Below, piece after piece: positions 10,501 to 19,177 of a DNA stretch of 37,871 nt (positions are counted from its first letter, which is position 1; the number at the start of each line of letters is the position of its first letter). The stretch comes from a virus (taxonomy: Duplodnaviria > Caudoviricetes). A model generated the notes under the pieces. That model was not told the origin of the DNA, did not search any database, and worked only from the letters and a program-made list of their open reading frames with translations. The translations under genes were made by a program, and so were the position numbers. The DNA lies in IMG/VR virus record IMGVR_UViG_3300007735_000693, positions 1 to 37,871 of that record, one strand, 5' to 3'.

Positions 10501-13500
10501 AGATATTACTAGATGTTATATCTAAACTACCTAATGTAACTAAAGGCACTTATAAAGTTATGGGTATGAAAAAAGGTGAGTTTGGTTCTTACTCTCCTTT
10601 CCAAAACAAAACTACTATTAGTCCTGATGCTGGTGTAGATACTATATTCCACGAAGCAACACATAGTGCAACTACGTGGGAGTTAAGAAAACATGTAACC
10701 ATGAAAAATGGTAGACCGGTAGGACGCACTCCATTAGGTGATAAATTAGTAGATATATTTGATGCAGCCGAAGTTGCAGCTATGCAACAGGAATTAAATT
10801 TTGGCGAAGCATTTAAAGATATGGATGAGTTTATTGCAAATGCTTATAACACTGTAGAGTTCCAAAAATTCTTAGCAGGCGAACGTAGTGTTGTTCCTAA
10901 TGCTCCACCTGTTAATTCGTTATGGACAGACTTTCTTAACTTTGTTAAACAACTCTTAAATTTAGGTGATGTATCTAATACCTTATTAAGCGATGTTGTA
11001 GGTTTAACGCCTGACTTATTTACAGGCACAAGAGAAGTAGGTTCAGCTACTATCCCTGATTTCACACCACAAGATAAAATGTTTGCAAGGGATAATAATG
11101 AAAAGGCTGCTCAATACTTTAAAAATACAAATATTAAAACTGAAAAAGTTGAAGAGGCATCAGCATTTAACGAGTTTAAAGATGATCCTAAACAATTTGT
11201 TAAAGATAAGTTTAAAGGATGGCAACATTTCCTTGACACTGCCGAAACTAACTTTTTCTCATCAGATGCAGGTTTAAGTAATGCTATACGTCGTGGATTA
11301 GATGAAACTGCAGAATGGGCAGAAACTAAAAAAGTATTGCATTCCATCAGCACATCACAAGCATTACATAGTGAAGCACCTGCTCATCAGTTCTTAGAAG
11401 AAGGTGATATTAAATACGATCCTAACTTGTATAAATATGTTGTATCTAAATCAAATACTAGCTGGAAAAAGATGATGCTTAATATTAAGGCACTTGCTGA
11501 TAAAGCAGGTATACCTTATGAAACTATGGAGAAGTATGCTCATGCAGCGTTAATTGGTAAACGTTTAAACAGCTTAAAAGAAAAAAATAATGAGCTAAAA
11601 GAAGACGTATTAGATATGATGTTGCAAGGCAAAACTAAAGAAGCTAAAGCTAAATGGGAAAAAGAATATAAACATATTCACATGACCACAAAAGAAATAA
11701 ATAATGCGCTTAAACTATTTGATACATATCCTGGATTAAATAATATTGTTGATCAGTGGAATAGTATTAGAGCTAAAGTATTAAAGTTTGGCGTAGATTC
11801 TGGTCTTTATTCAGCAGAGCAAGCACAAGAATTATTAGATGTAATGGACTATGTTCCATTTTATCGTGTTGAGCAAATAGAACAAAAAGAAGGTCCTAGA
11901 GAATATACTCGTGGTTTATTAGATAGAGCTAAAACTGATCCTAGATTTAAAGGAAGTAATCAACCGGTTAATAATGTGTTTGATAACATGGAACGCTGGA
12001 TGACTTATGTTATTAGAAAAGGCATTAACAATAAAGCTGCACAAAATTTAGTTGCTGCTGCAGATCAATACTTAGAAGATGAAGTAACTAAATTACCTCC
12101 AGGTGCTAAGAGTCCTACAAGTAATACTATCGGTATATGGCAAAACGGTGGTATTGTTAAGTATCGATTTGAAGATCCATTATTTGTAAAAGCGTTTACA
12201 GGTATGGAAACTGTAGCTTTACCTGCATTCCCTAAACTTGCTAAGATAGCAAACGTATTACGTCAAAATATTGTATTGTATCCTTTGTTTTCTATTTCTC
12301 AAGTGTTTCAAGATGCATACAGCGCTATGATTACGTCTGGTGTTGAAAATCCTTTTATGATTCCTATTGAAGTAGCTAAAGAAATATATAGAACAGCTAC
12401 AAAAACTAGTACAACTAGAGCACAACTAAAAAGTGTAGGTGCTGTAGGTATTCGAGATTACTCAGCTGAAATAAGTAAATTAGATGCTGAGATTGCAGCG
12501 GGGTTAAAAAAACCAGGATTGTTTGATCGTATGATTAAAAATCCATTACAAAAGTTTTCTATGGCTTCTGATAATGTTATTCGCCAAGCTATTTATAATC
12601 AAACGTTAAAAGAAACAGGTGACAAAGCTCTTGCTATTGAACGTGCATTTGAGGTTATTAACTTTAGAAGAACGGGTTCAAATAAATTAGTATCTGTAGG
12701 TCGTCAAGTTATTCCATTCTTTGGTGCTTACTTACAATCTTTAAATGTAATGATGAAAGTTGCAGCGGGAAGAGGTATTGCACCTTCTCAACGTGCTGAA
12801 GCTTATCGTATACTACGTAACACTATGATGAAAACTATAATTTTAAGTTTAATCTATAGCGCATTAACTGCCGATGATGATGATTATGAAAAACTTGATC
12901 CAACTATCAGAGATAGACGATTTATTGTTCCTGGTATGGGTGGTTTAAGTATTCCTGTTCGTTCAGATTTAGCTACTTTGTTTACTAAAATTATTCCAGA
13001 ACATGTATATCATGTATTTTATAAACAAGATGAAGATGGAACTAAAATGGCTAAAGCTATGAAAGACGGCATAGTAAATGCTATTGCTTCTCCTTCAGTT
13101 ATGCCACAAGCTATTAAACCTTTGGTTGAAACATTTACTAATTATGATTATTTTACAGGTAGACCTATTGTAGGAACAGGTGTAGGTGGCAAAGAAGAAG
13201 AAATGCAATATACCGCTAGAACATCTGAGCTTGCTAAAGTGATAGGAGATTTTTCAGGTTATTCTCCTATGAAATTAGATCATTTACTTGATGCTTATTT
13301 TGGATATTCAGCAGGCTTAATACGTTTAGCCACAAACGGATTAATGGCAGACATTAGAGGAGACGTGTTACCTTCTAAATCTACACAAGATTTTATTAAT
13401 GCTCTTCCAGGCACATCAGCTTTTTACTCTAGAGAATTTGGCACTCGTGCTAAAAACGATTACTATGAACTAAGAGATATTGTAGATGAAGTTTATAATA

Positions 13501-13799
13501 CTTATAAAGATAAACAAAAATTTAGGGGTCCTGAAGAAACTTTAGCATATGTAAATAAAGATAACAATAAAGATCTCATACAAAGAAAACGATTATTAGA
13601 TAGTATGGGTAAATATTTAGGTCAATTAAGAGCTGCTGAACGTAGAGTTTTAGAAGATAAAAAAATGTCTCCTGATGAAAAACAACAAAGAATTAAATAT
13701 ATTAGGCAAGAAGAACTAATTGCGCTTGATCATATAACTAAATATAAAGATCGAGACGTTAAATATATTCAAAAAGTAAGATTTGAAGCAGGGTTATAA
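7527..13799 (+). CDS. Large polyvalent virion (ejection) protein: ART-like, zincin metallopeptidase and LPD38-like domains
   Basis: 2090 aa; WF.GSK.VD..G.P..LYHGT, GIYLT, GYDG, EIVAF..EQVKS (9903-10358); HEATH (10650-10664) plus EFIA; C-term P..KP..E..TNYDYFTGRPIV..TS..AK..SP.KLDHL. Confidence 0.8.
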   Translation: MAFDVQGALKEGYTASEINEYLAKEKNFDLAGARKEGYTDDDILSFLNPTKVLSEKPEDVGMFTRAKQALTEGFESLGGAKRGLELGSAATDKDMEAAAAKMQEIKAKGQVAPAVQTLTAADIQRIAEEKGLIPAGMQVPSFVVEQILKSGPEMVIPLLTGFAASAGTAAVTGPAAPLAAPIVGALVGIGTYGVQQYGHFMERQALEKSAPQDLNPTEAKTWAAVSAPLGYAVDRFTFGIGKVGSKTAIKEITKEIAERGTAKYVAKGAGEGAIKGLSEVPTEILEQAAERYQAGLSLDDEQAKNEYFEAGWGALAVGTGIGGVSHGYQSYKEAKQITNQAKEINKAKEKILSDDVADTETVKPNRKEVMDDTFEKIKQQADDIKAKQEEIKAKVKAKVKAKEEEEVELDSDEPSSVLNDTTLTSLGFRKSSNAYKALIGKDISTQETRDLLNQVIEANPDKVNEDAANTFIASLPPVIELKQEKPTSEEKIDVSRKPKIKSETDRTSVSALDESKRVRTTTEGAEPSDVGGVDTTGVDAGKLAERDEKQPTTLKQPKAPETEEVLKGEAPLGAYYDITDKKQKYQQQVPQEGKLNVQPKEYVKPKDKLTPTPFIDRLSHPDPNIRYEARVEFLKTLREQRNIERSKQESELLKSIPPTYPLVKQGQLLASNLSNLKNPPPQYLIDELRDPILNDKQRKQKIAEGKKYIIDQRMESVIDKILKRPPTPQEIEAFNKLQDELFAEGLDKKGKRFKPKRSKQSAEEFNSMIDAFIDDFTGLKQEKKLYSRVITPELTQWFEGSKLVDATGAPLKLYHGTNRDVKNLRSSKDGSLGAGIYLTPDPAFASKYAEAEGGNVLPVIANLKNPLVINTEMGRSDPMIQALIKLGVAEEKAADIVEKAYEEKGYISKEVMSRAQKQGYDGIVQYKNGELSEIVAFNAEQVKSTIDSLQSTLEGTPEGKAIVNTTKPAKTLGQALTIIRQQHLNKLNPVQKILLDVISKLPNVTKGTYKVMGMKKGEFGSYSPFQNKTTISPDAGVDTIFHEATHSATTWELRKHVTMKNGRPVGRTPLGDKLVDIFDAAEVAAMQQELNFGEAFKDMDEFIANAYNTVEFQKFLAGERSVVPNAPPVNSLWTDFLNFVKQLLNLGDVSNTLLSDVVGLTPDLFTGTREVGSATIPDFTPQDKMFARDNNEKAAQYFKNTNIKTEKVEEASAFNEFKDDPKQFVKDKFKGWQHFLDTAETNFFSSDAGLSNAIRRGLDETAEWAETKKVLHSISTSQALHSEAPAHQFLEEGDIKYDPNLYKYVVSKSNTSWKKMMLNIKALADKAGIPYETMEKYAHAALIGKRLNSLKEKNNELKEDVLDMMLQGKTKEAKAKWEKEYKHIHMTTKEINNALKLFDTYPGLNNIVDQWNSIRAKVLKFGVDSGLYSAEQAQELLDVMDYVPFYRVEQIEQKEGPREYTRGLLDRAKTDPRFKGSNQPVNNVFDNMERWMTYVIRKGINNKAAQNLVAAADQYLEDEVTKLPPGAKSPTSNTIGIWQNGGIVKYRFEDPLFVKAFTGMETVALPAFPKLAKIANVLRQNIVLYPLFSISQVFQDAYSAMITSGVENPFMIPIEVAKEIYRTATKTSTTRAQLKSVGAVGIRDYSAEISKLDAEIAAGLKKPGLFDRMIKNPLQKFSMASDNVIRQAIYNQTLKETGDKALAIERAFEVINFRRTGSNKLVSVGRQVIPFFGAYLQSLNVMMKVAAGRGIAPSQRAEAYRILRNTMMKTIILSLIYSALTADDDDYEKLDPTIRDRRFIVPGMGGLSIPVRSDLATLFTKIIPEHVYHVFYKQDEDGTKMAKAMKDGIVNAIASPSVMPQAIKPLVETFTNYDYFTGRPIVGTGVGGKEEEMQYTARTSELAKVIGDFSGYSPMKLDHLLDAYFGYSAGLIRLATNGLMADIRGDVLPSKSTQDFINALPGTSAFYSREFGTRAKNDYYELRDIVDEVYNTYKDKQKFRGPEETLAYVNKDNNKDLIQRKRLLDSMGKYLGQLRAAERRVLEDKKMSPDEKQQRIKYIRQEELIALDHITKYKDRDVKYIQKVRFEAGL
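8700..8733 (+). repeat. 12-bp in-frame tandem repeat (AAAGCTAAAGTA, about 2.8 copies)
   Basis: Encodes KAKVKAKVKAK in the low-complexity linker. Confidence 0.8.
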
Positions 13800-13988
13800 A
13801 CGCCAGACTCGTATACCTTGTATTCCGTCTTCTATAACAATTTTATGGGCAAACTCAAACTCTAATCGTTTACTTTCTCGTGTAATAGCTGCTATGGCAG
13901 ATTTAGTATCTACAGCAGGTATAAACATAGACGAGCCTGGTTTAAATTCAGCCCATAATATTTGATAATCTACGCCGTTAGTTAACAC
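13794..13988 (-). CDS. Small conserved phage protein
   Basis: 64 aa; W..F.PG.S.FIP..D....G..G.RVWR pattern; overlaps the primase stop. Confidence 0.7.
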   Translation of the reverse strand: MLTNGVDYQILWAEFKPGSSMFIPAVDTKSAIAAITRESKRLEFEFAHKIVIEDGIQGIRVWRL

Positions 13989-16827
13989 TTCTAGGTATAT
14001 CCAATGGTAAGTTATTTAATTTAATATCATCAAATGATGAGTTATCAATCCATAAGCAGCGTTTACCTGCTCCACTAATATCTAATCCTTTGTGTAACAC
14101 TTTTAAATCTCCTGAACGTCGATGTAATACATTTGCTTCTTTTAGTTTTTTAACAAAATCTTCTAGTTCAATTTTTCCTAGTGATTTTAAATATGTTCGC
14201 ATTGTATCAACACCTATATAAATTGTGTTAGTATCTGGTTCAATTCTGACACGTAATTCATTAGTAGGTTTAAATAAAGGTGCTTCTTGTAAGTTAGATC
14301 TTGAATCTACTTTGCTATTGATTACCAAAGTATTCTTTAAGTTCTCATGCAAGAAAGAAGTAAGTGTTTCCATAGCATCAAAGTCTCGTTCTTTAATTTC
14401 AACACGAGAGTCATTTAGTGCCTTACGAACGGCTTCTTGAACAGGAACAGGGTCTATATTATGTAATCCTAACTCACGTGCAATCTTAGCACCTAAAAAT
14501 ACTGCAGCTAAGGTAGCAGAATATTTACGTTCACGTCCTGTAATATTCCATGCCTTATCAATAATAAGCTGAGTCTCTTTTAATTTAACTCTAACAAGCT
14601 CTAGGTTAGCAATAAGCCATTGTGCATAGATTTCTCCAGCATGACCAAAGTTATCAAACAATAACTCAAAGTATTCATCAGCTTGTTCTTTTGTAAGCGT
14701 CTTATCTTCATCAATACGTATTTGTAGGAAGCGAGCCATTTCACCAGATGCTTTAGCATTTTCTGAAAAGACTACTGTCCTAAAATCTGTGTTAGAAGAA
14801 ACAACGCTAATAAGATTAAAGACGGTATCATTATGTCGCTCCTTGTTTTTACCACTACTATCCATACGATTTTTACCACGACCTGTAGCCATAAACTTTA
14901 AAAATTCATGTAACTGATCGGCATTTACTTTTGTAAATTCATCTACTGCGGATGGTAAGTTATTCATGTAACCCATACGATTAATAACGGCATTACCCGT
15001 ATCACCCCATACTTGAATAAGGTTTGCATTCATTTCAGGGTTACCATATATACTAGACATAGCTTGTAGAATAGTTGACTTACCTTGACCTGACTCAGGA
15101 TTATATAAATTAATTACAGCGGATTTCTCTTTTGATTTAAAGAAAGGCATAAGTAAAGAACCAAAACCACAGAAGAAACCAAACGCACGTAGTTCCATGC
15201 CTGGTCTTTCATAAACAGATATAGCTTTCTTCCATAAGTCTAAACTACCTTTTTTAGTTAAGGCAGGATTAACATCTTTTAAATCGTCTGATACAGGCAC
15301 AAACTTAATACCAAAGGCACTAATTTCTCTATTACCTATAAGTATTTTTTTATGGTCAGGTGTCCAACCGTATTGTTTATACATCATAGTAGATGGTTTT
15401 TGTTTTTGTTGATTAGAAATAACTGCCATGATGTAATAAATAACTTCATCTAACTGCTTACCATTTCTAACAATACCTTTGGCAGCCAAAATTTTACGTG
15501 CTTCATCACGAGATAATAATTGAGTAAGTGGGGCTATAAACTCTTGCACACCATCTTGTGGGAGATGAATTTTAAACCATGCACAAAAACCTGCAGCATC
15601 TTTATCATTTAAAATTTCAACAAGATAAAAGTCATAGTCATATATTAATACGGCTTCTTCTTGTTCGTCTTGTGTAGTTTTGTATACTCCACCATTCTTA
15701 CCTCTAAAATAAGGGAATGGATAGTCAGGCACATGGTATGTAACTGTTTCACCTAACGCTTCAGATTTTGCTTGTATAACATTATCTGCACCTTTAGCAC
15801 GTAAGATGACTCTACCTAATTCTATAGGAGAAGTAATTTTACCTTTATGTTTACATCCTTCACAACCTGATGGACGTAAGCTTTCAAATTGTTTACAAGT
15901 GTGAGGGCCTGGAATAGCATTAGCTTTAGCTTCTGTTTTAGCATAATCATAATCAGGATGTCTTTTAGATATATTATGAATAGCCGCTTCAGCATCATCA
16001 CAGAATGCTGCAATAGATAATCCTGAACGCCATAGTGGTTCTTCTATAGATGCTTGTTTTGTAACTATGTGTGTTAGTTGTGGACAGCCATCGTCTTTGC
16101 TGCAACGTTCTAATATTTTTTTAAATTTAGAAGAGCTATTACCTAAAATAGCTTTAGTAGCTTCATCAAGAGGTCGTTTAGCACGAGGTTTATCTGTAAG
16201 GTGAATAGGAATAAGTCTAGCTAATTCATCAAAAGGAGTTGCAACTCCTTGATTTAAAATAGATACTTCTATAGGGTTAGCTACATCTTTAAAATTCTTT
16301 GTGCCTGGCACTCGTAAAATACGAGACATATCTGCGGTGCAAGCACCATCAGCTTTTAAACCATGTTTAACACATAAAAACTTAAGACCTTCTGCTACAG
16401 GTTTCCATACAGCTTTATCTATAGGTTCTGTTAAAGGCCAATAACAATGAATACCATTACCTGAGTCTACAATAGTAGGAGCAGGTAATCCTGTTTTATC
16501 TGTAAATTCTCGTAGAGCAATTAATGCAGCGTCTTTAGTTTCATAGTCTTTCCACTTACGTTTTTTACTATCAAATCCACAATCAATATCTAACCAAAAA
16601 ATTCGTTGTTCTTTAGCGTTAGTTCCTTTACGTTCTGTAGGTTCTACCCATGAAGAGCAAGCAAAATATACATCTTGCTTGTCATCTAAAAACTTGTTGG
16701 ATATTGATACTGCTTCATCAATTGTTTTTACAAACTTAGGTGTAACTATATTTTTTTGATCTTTGCCACAGATACAATAGTATCCGTCATCGGGCCATAT
16801 GTTTTGTAAAAATTCTTTTGTTTGCAT
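13978..16827 (-). CDS. Primase-helicase (RepB-like primase + DUF927 + P-loop helicase)
   Basis: FWLDID, PTIVDSGNGIHCYW, RILRVPGT primase motifs; Cys cluster; ESGQGKST Walker A, VDE Walker B, GRGKNR. Confidence 0.9.
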   Translation of the reverse strand: MQTKEFLQNIWPDDGYYCICGKDQKNIVTPKFVKTIDEAVSISNKFLDDKQDVYFACSSWVEPTERKGTNAKEQRIFWLDIDCGFDSKKRKWKDYETKDAALIALREFTDKTGLPAPTIVDSGNGIHCYWPLTEPIDKAVWKPVAEGLKFLCVKHGLKADGACTADMSRILRVPGTKNFKDVANPIEVSILNQGVATPFDELARLIPIHLTDKPRAKRPLDEATKAILGNSSSKFKKILERCSKDDGCPQLTHIVTKQASIEEPLWRSGLSIAAFCDDAEAAIHNISKRHPDYDYAKTEAKANAIPGPHTCKQFESLRPSGCEGCKHKGKITSPIELGRVILRAKGADNVIQAKSEALGETVTYHVPDYPFPYFRGKNGGVYKTTQDEQEEAVLIYDYDFYLVEILNDKDAAGFCAWFKIHLPQDGVQEFIAPLTQLLSRDEARKILAAKGIVRNGKQLDEVIYYIMAVISNQQKQKPSTMMYKQYGWTPDHKKILIGNREISAFGIKFVPVSDDLKDVNPALTKKGSLDLWKKAISVYERPGMELRAFGFFCGFGSLLMPFFKSKEKSAVINLYNPESGQGKSTILQAMSSIYGNPEMNANLIQVWGDTGNAVINRMGYMNNLPSAVDEFTKVNADQLHEFLKFMATGRGKNRMDSSGKNKERHNDTVFNLISVVSSNTDFRTVVFSENAKASGEMARFLQIRIDEDKTLTKEQADEYFELLFDNFGHAGEIYAQWLIANLELVRVKLKETQLIIDKAWNITGRERKYSATLAAVFLGAKIARELGLHNIDPVPVQEAVRKALNDSRVEIKERDFDAMETLTSFLHENLKNTLVINSKVDSRSNLQEAPLFKPTNELRVRIEPDTNTIYIGVDTMRTYLKSLGKIELEDFVKKLKEANVLHRRSGDLKVLHKGLDISGAGKRCLWIDNSSFDDIKLNNLPLDIPRSVN

Positions 16828-16864
16828 TATTCTCTCGAAATAAAGTTTGTGTTACTAAATTAGG

Positions 16865-16882
16865 GGGGCTTGTTACAGCCCC
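16865..16882 (-). terminator. GC-rich hairpin between the HTH gene and the primase
   Basis: GGGGCT-N6-AGCCCC; U-tract is weak. Confidence 0.35.
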
Positions 16883-16889
16883 GAAGGTA

Positions 16890-17132
16890 TTACTTTAAGT
16901 TTATTTTATTTATCAAAGCAGCAACTTTTGACTCTGTCCGTTTTGATGGTTTTGTTTTACCAGAGAACCAATCATACACCGTTTGCCGAGAAACGTTAAG
17001 CTCTTTCGCTACTTGACTAGCAGGATACTTTAGTGATATGCAAAGTTTACCTAGTAATGTGCCTACTGTTTCTTTTGCTCGTTGATTAGCCTCTATAATT
17101 ATTTGAGAATAGCCTCGCATAGTTATGTCCAA
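16890..17132 (-). CDS. Helix-turn-helix DNA-binding protein (XRE/Cro-like)
   Basis: ASQVAKELNVSRQTVYDWFSGKTKP; true start may be MRGYS (17120). Confidence 0.8.
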   Translation of the reverse strand: MDITMRGYSQIIIEANQRAKETVGTLLGKLCISLKYPASQVAKELNVSRQTVYDWFSGKTKPSKRTESKVAALINKINLK

Positions 17133-18031
17133 TCTGATACAAGATCATCTAAACTAACATCACCTTGATCAACTTTTGGAGCTACAGGTTTTGGTGTTGG
17201 TGCAGGTTTTTCTGCGGCACGAACTGTTGGCTCTGGAATATCATCTTCAACTTTTGTTACTTGAGGACGTTGAATAGGTTGTTGTTTCTTTTGCTCAAAC
17301 TCTTCACCATCTTCATCTTTATTGATATTGACTGATAATGTAATAGCACGTTTAGCTTCCTCTGACGTTGACTTTGTGGAACATATAGCATACTCATCAT
17401 CGTTAAGAATACGAATAGGTTTAAACCCAATCTTAGTGCTTGATGAGTCTTCATCAAACGATACACGAGATACCACAGACATTAAATTTTGACCATTAGC
17501 ACGAACGTAATCTGTATATTCATGTAAAGGTTTGCAATCTTTTGTTCCATTACCAAATATAGATTGTGCAGGTAAAGTCATTTGATATACATCGCCATTT
17601 AAATCATCAGCACGAACAACTGCAATACGTCTACTAAAACGACATGCTTTAGTGCCATTAGCCCCTGAACCCTTAATATTTTGAGGACAGGATAAACATG
17701 ACTCAGCTTGTTTTTCTACAACTGCGTCATCGGGTTTTTGACTGTCAGATGTCCAACATGTTGGAGGTGGCATCTTTTCACCTGGCACATATGCTTTAGA
17801 AAAATACATTCTATGCACATGTGGTGATGCATTAACAATAACTACATCAAGTGCGTCTTGATTTGATTTCTCAACTTCTTTACCATTAACCATTAATCTA
17901 AATTTACCACCACGTATAGAAATACGTTTAGCAGTAACTGAGCTACCTGTAATATTTGCAGTAAAACCATCATCACGACGAGCGTGTGTTGTTATTGCGG
18001 TGCTACCAAATACATCTAATTCGTTACTCAT
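17123..18031 (-). CDS. Putative single-stranded DNA-binding/annealing protein
   Basis: RISIRGG.F, CWTSD..PD, C..CPQN..GS....KACRF.RR motifs; acidic tail LDDLVSDWT. Confidence 0.65.
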   Translation of the reverse strand: MSNELDVFGSTAITTHARRDDGFTANITGSSVTAKRISIRGGKFRLMVNGKEVEKSNQDALDVVIVNASPHVHRMYFSKAYVPGEKMPPPTCWTSDSQKPDDAVVEKQAESCLSCPQNIKGSGANGTKACRFSRRIAVVRADDLNGDVYQMTLPAQSIFGNGTKDCKPLHEYTDYVRANGQNLMSVVSRVSFDEDSSSTKIGFKPIRILNDDEYAICSTKSTSEEAKRAITLSVNINKDEDGEEFEQKKQQPIQRPQVTKVEDDIPEPTVRAAEKPAPTPKPVAPKVDQGDVSLDDLVSDWT

Positions 18032-18435
18032 ACTTCCTCCTTATTTTCTCTACTTTTAGTTATTCTTACTGTATATTCACTTGTTGCTTGTAAACCTGGC
18101 GGTTGTTTGTCAGGGTTCTGCTCTAAGTATTCTTTTATTGCTGATTGCACTAATCTTTTTTCAAAGAACTCAGGCAATTTATTTTCTAATATAAAGTCAT
18201 ACATGCTAGGCCAATCGCTTGACCAATATCTTGTTCTAAGTGTTCTTGATAATGTGCCTACTTTAGTCTTTAAACTAGTTACATTTAAAGTTCTACAAGC
18301 TTCATTTAAAGCTAGGTCAACTTTATCTTTTTGCACTTTGATATTTGTTATTTCTTTTTCTAAATCTTCAATCTTATCTCGCATATTGACAGAAGCCTGC
18401 ATTAGCTTCTCAATCTTATTATCATCTAACTCCAC
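18028..18435 (-). CDS. Coiled-coil phage replication-module protein (Gam/gp157-like)
   Basis: N-terminal coiled coil, DW...Y.FI, KRL, PPGL; GTG start at 18435 after AAAGGAG. Confidence 0.55.
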   Translation of the reverse strand: MELDDNKIEKLMQASVNMRDKIEDLEKEITNIKVQKDKVDLALNEACRTLNVTSLKTKVGTLSRTLRTRYWSSDWPSMYDFILENKLPEFFEKRLVQSAIKEYLEQNPDKQPPGLQATSEYTVRITKSRENKEEV

Positions 18436-18464
18436 ATTTACTCCTTTCAAATACTAAGGATAAC

Positions 18465-18492
18465 AGTATATCATAATTATTTACTTTGTCAA
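18465..18492 (-). promoter_or_regulatory. Sigma70-type promoter
   Basis: Minus strand TTGACA-N16-TATACT with TGn extension; the -35 overlaps the HNH stop codon. Confidence 0.7.
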
Positions 18493-18953
18493 CTATTTTT
18501 ATAAGTAAATAAAACCCACTCAGCAAATCTAATTAACTCCATAGATGTGGCATTATGTTTCATTGTGTTAGCTTTGTGGCTTATTACTCTTACGTTACCT
18601 TTTAAATAACCTTTGGAATTATCTATTCTATCTAGTGATGGAGAATTAGAAGTAGGTCCTGTGCTTTTTCCTTTAGTATAAGTTTTAACTATTGGAATAC
18701 CTAGTATAGGGCATATGATAGGTATATCTATATCTGATTTATCTATATTAAACTCAAGTCCTTTTTTCTTTGCTCTTCGTTTTGCCATTGAACATAAAAC
18801 TCTTTCAGGATGTTTTATTCTGTAGTTAGCACTATGTTCTGCATAATCAATATATTTTTCTTCTTTATATTTTTTAATCTTTTCCATATTTTTATTACGC
18901 CATTCTTTATAGTATTCTCGTCTATCTTTATGCATCGTTAAATTCCTTTTCAT
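18489..18953 (-). CDS. HNH-family (homing) endonuclease
   Basis: AKRRAKKKGLEFNI, CPILG, SPSLDRIDNSKGY..GNVRVIS..AN.MK. Confidence 0.85.
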   Translation of the reverse strand: MKRNLTMHKDRREYYKEWRNKNMEKIKKYKEEKYIDYAEHSANYRIKHPERVLCSMAKRRAKKKGLEFNIDKSDIDIPIICPILGIPIVKTYTKGKSTGPTSNSPSLDRIDNSKGYLKGNVRVISHKANTMKHNATSMELIRFAEWVLFTYKNS

Positions 18954-19177
18954 AAAGTCTTTATAAAGTCTCTATATTCTTGTCTATCCAAATACATTTT
19001 TAATACTGCTTTTACATGTGTTAGTTTTTTTGCATCTATTTTGGCATCTTCATAATCGGGTTCTTTTAAAAAGTCTACTAAACATTCAACATAGTTCATT
19101 AAATCTGTAATCACTACCTCTCGGACTTCCTCTTCACTTAATACAATATATTCATTTCTTATTGTTTGTTCCATCAT
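18950..19177 (-). CDS. Hypothetical protein
   Basis: 75 aa, translationally coupled on both sides. Confidence 0.65.
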   Translation of the reverse strand: MMEQTIRNEYIVLSEEEVREVVITDLMNYVECLVDFLKEPDYEDAKIDAKKLTHVKAVLKMYLDRQEYRDFIKTL

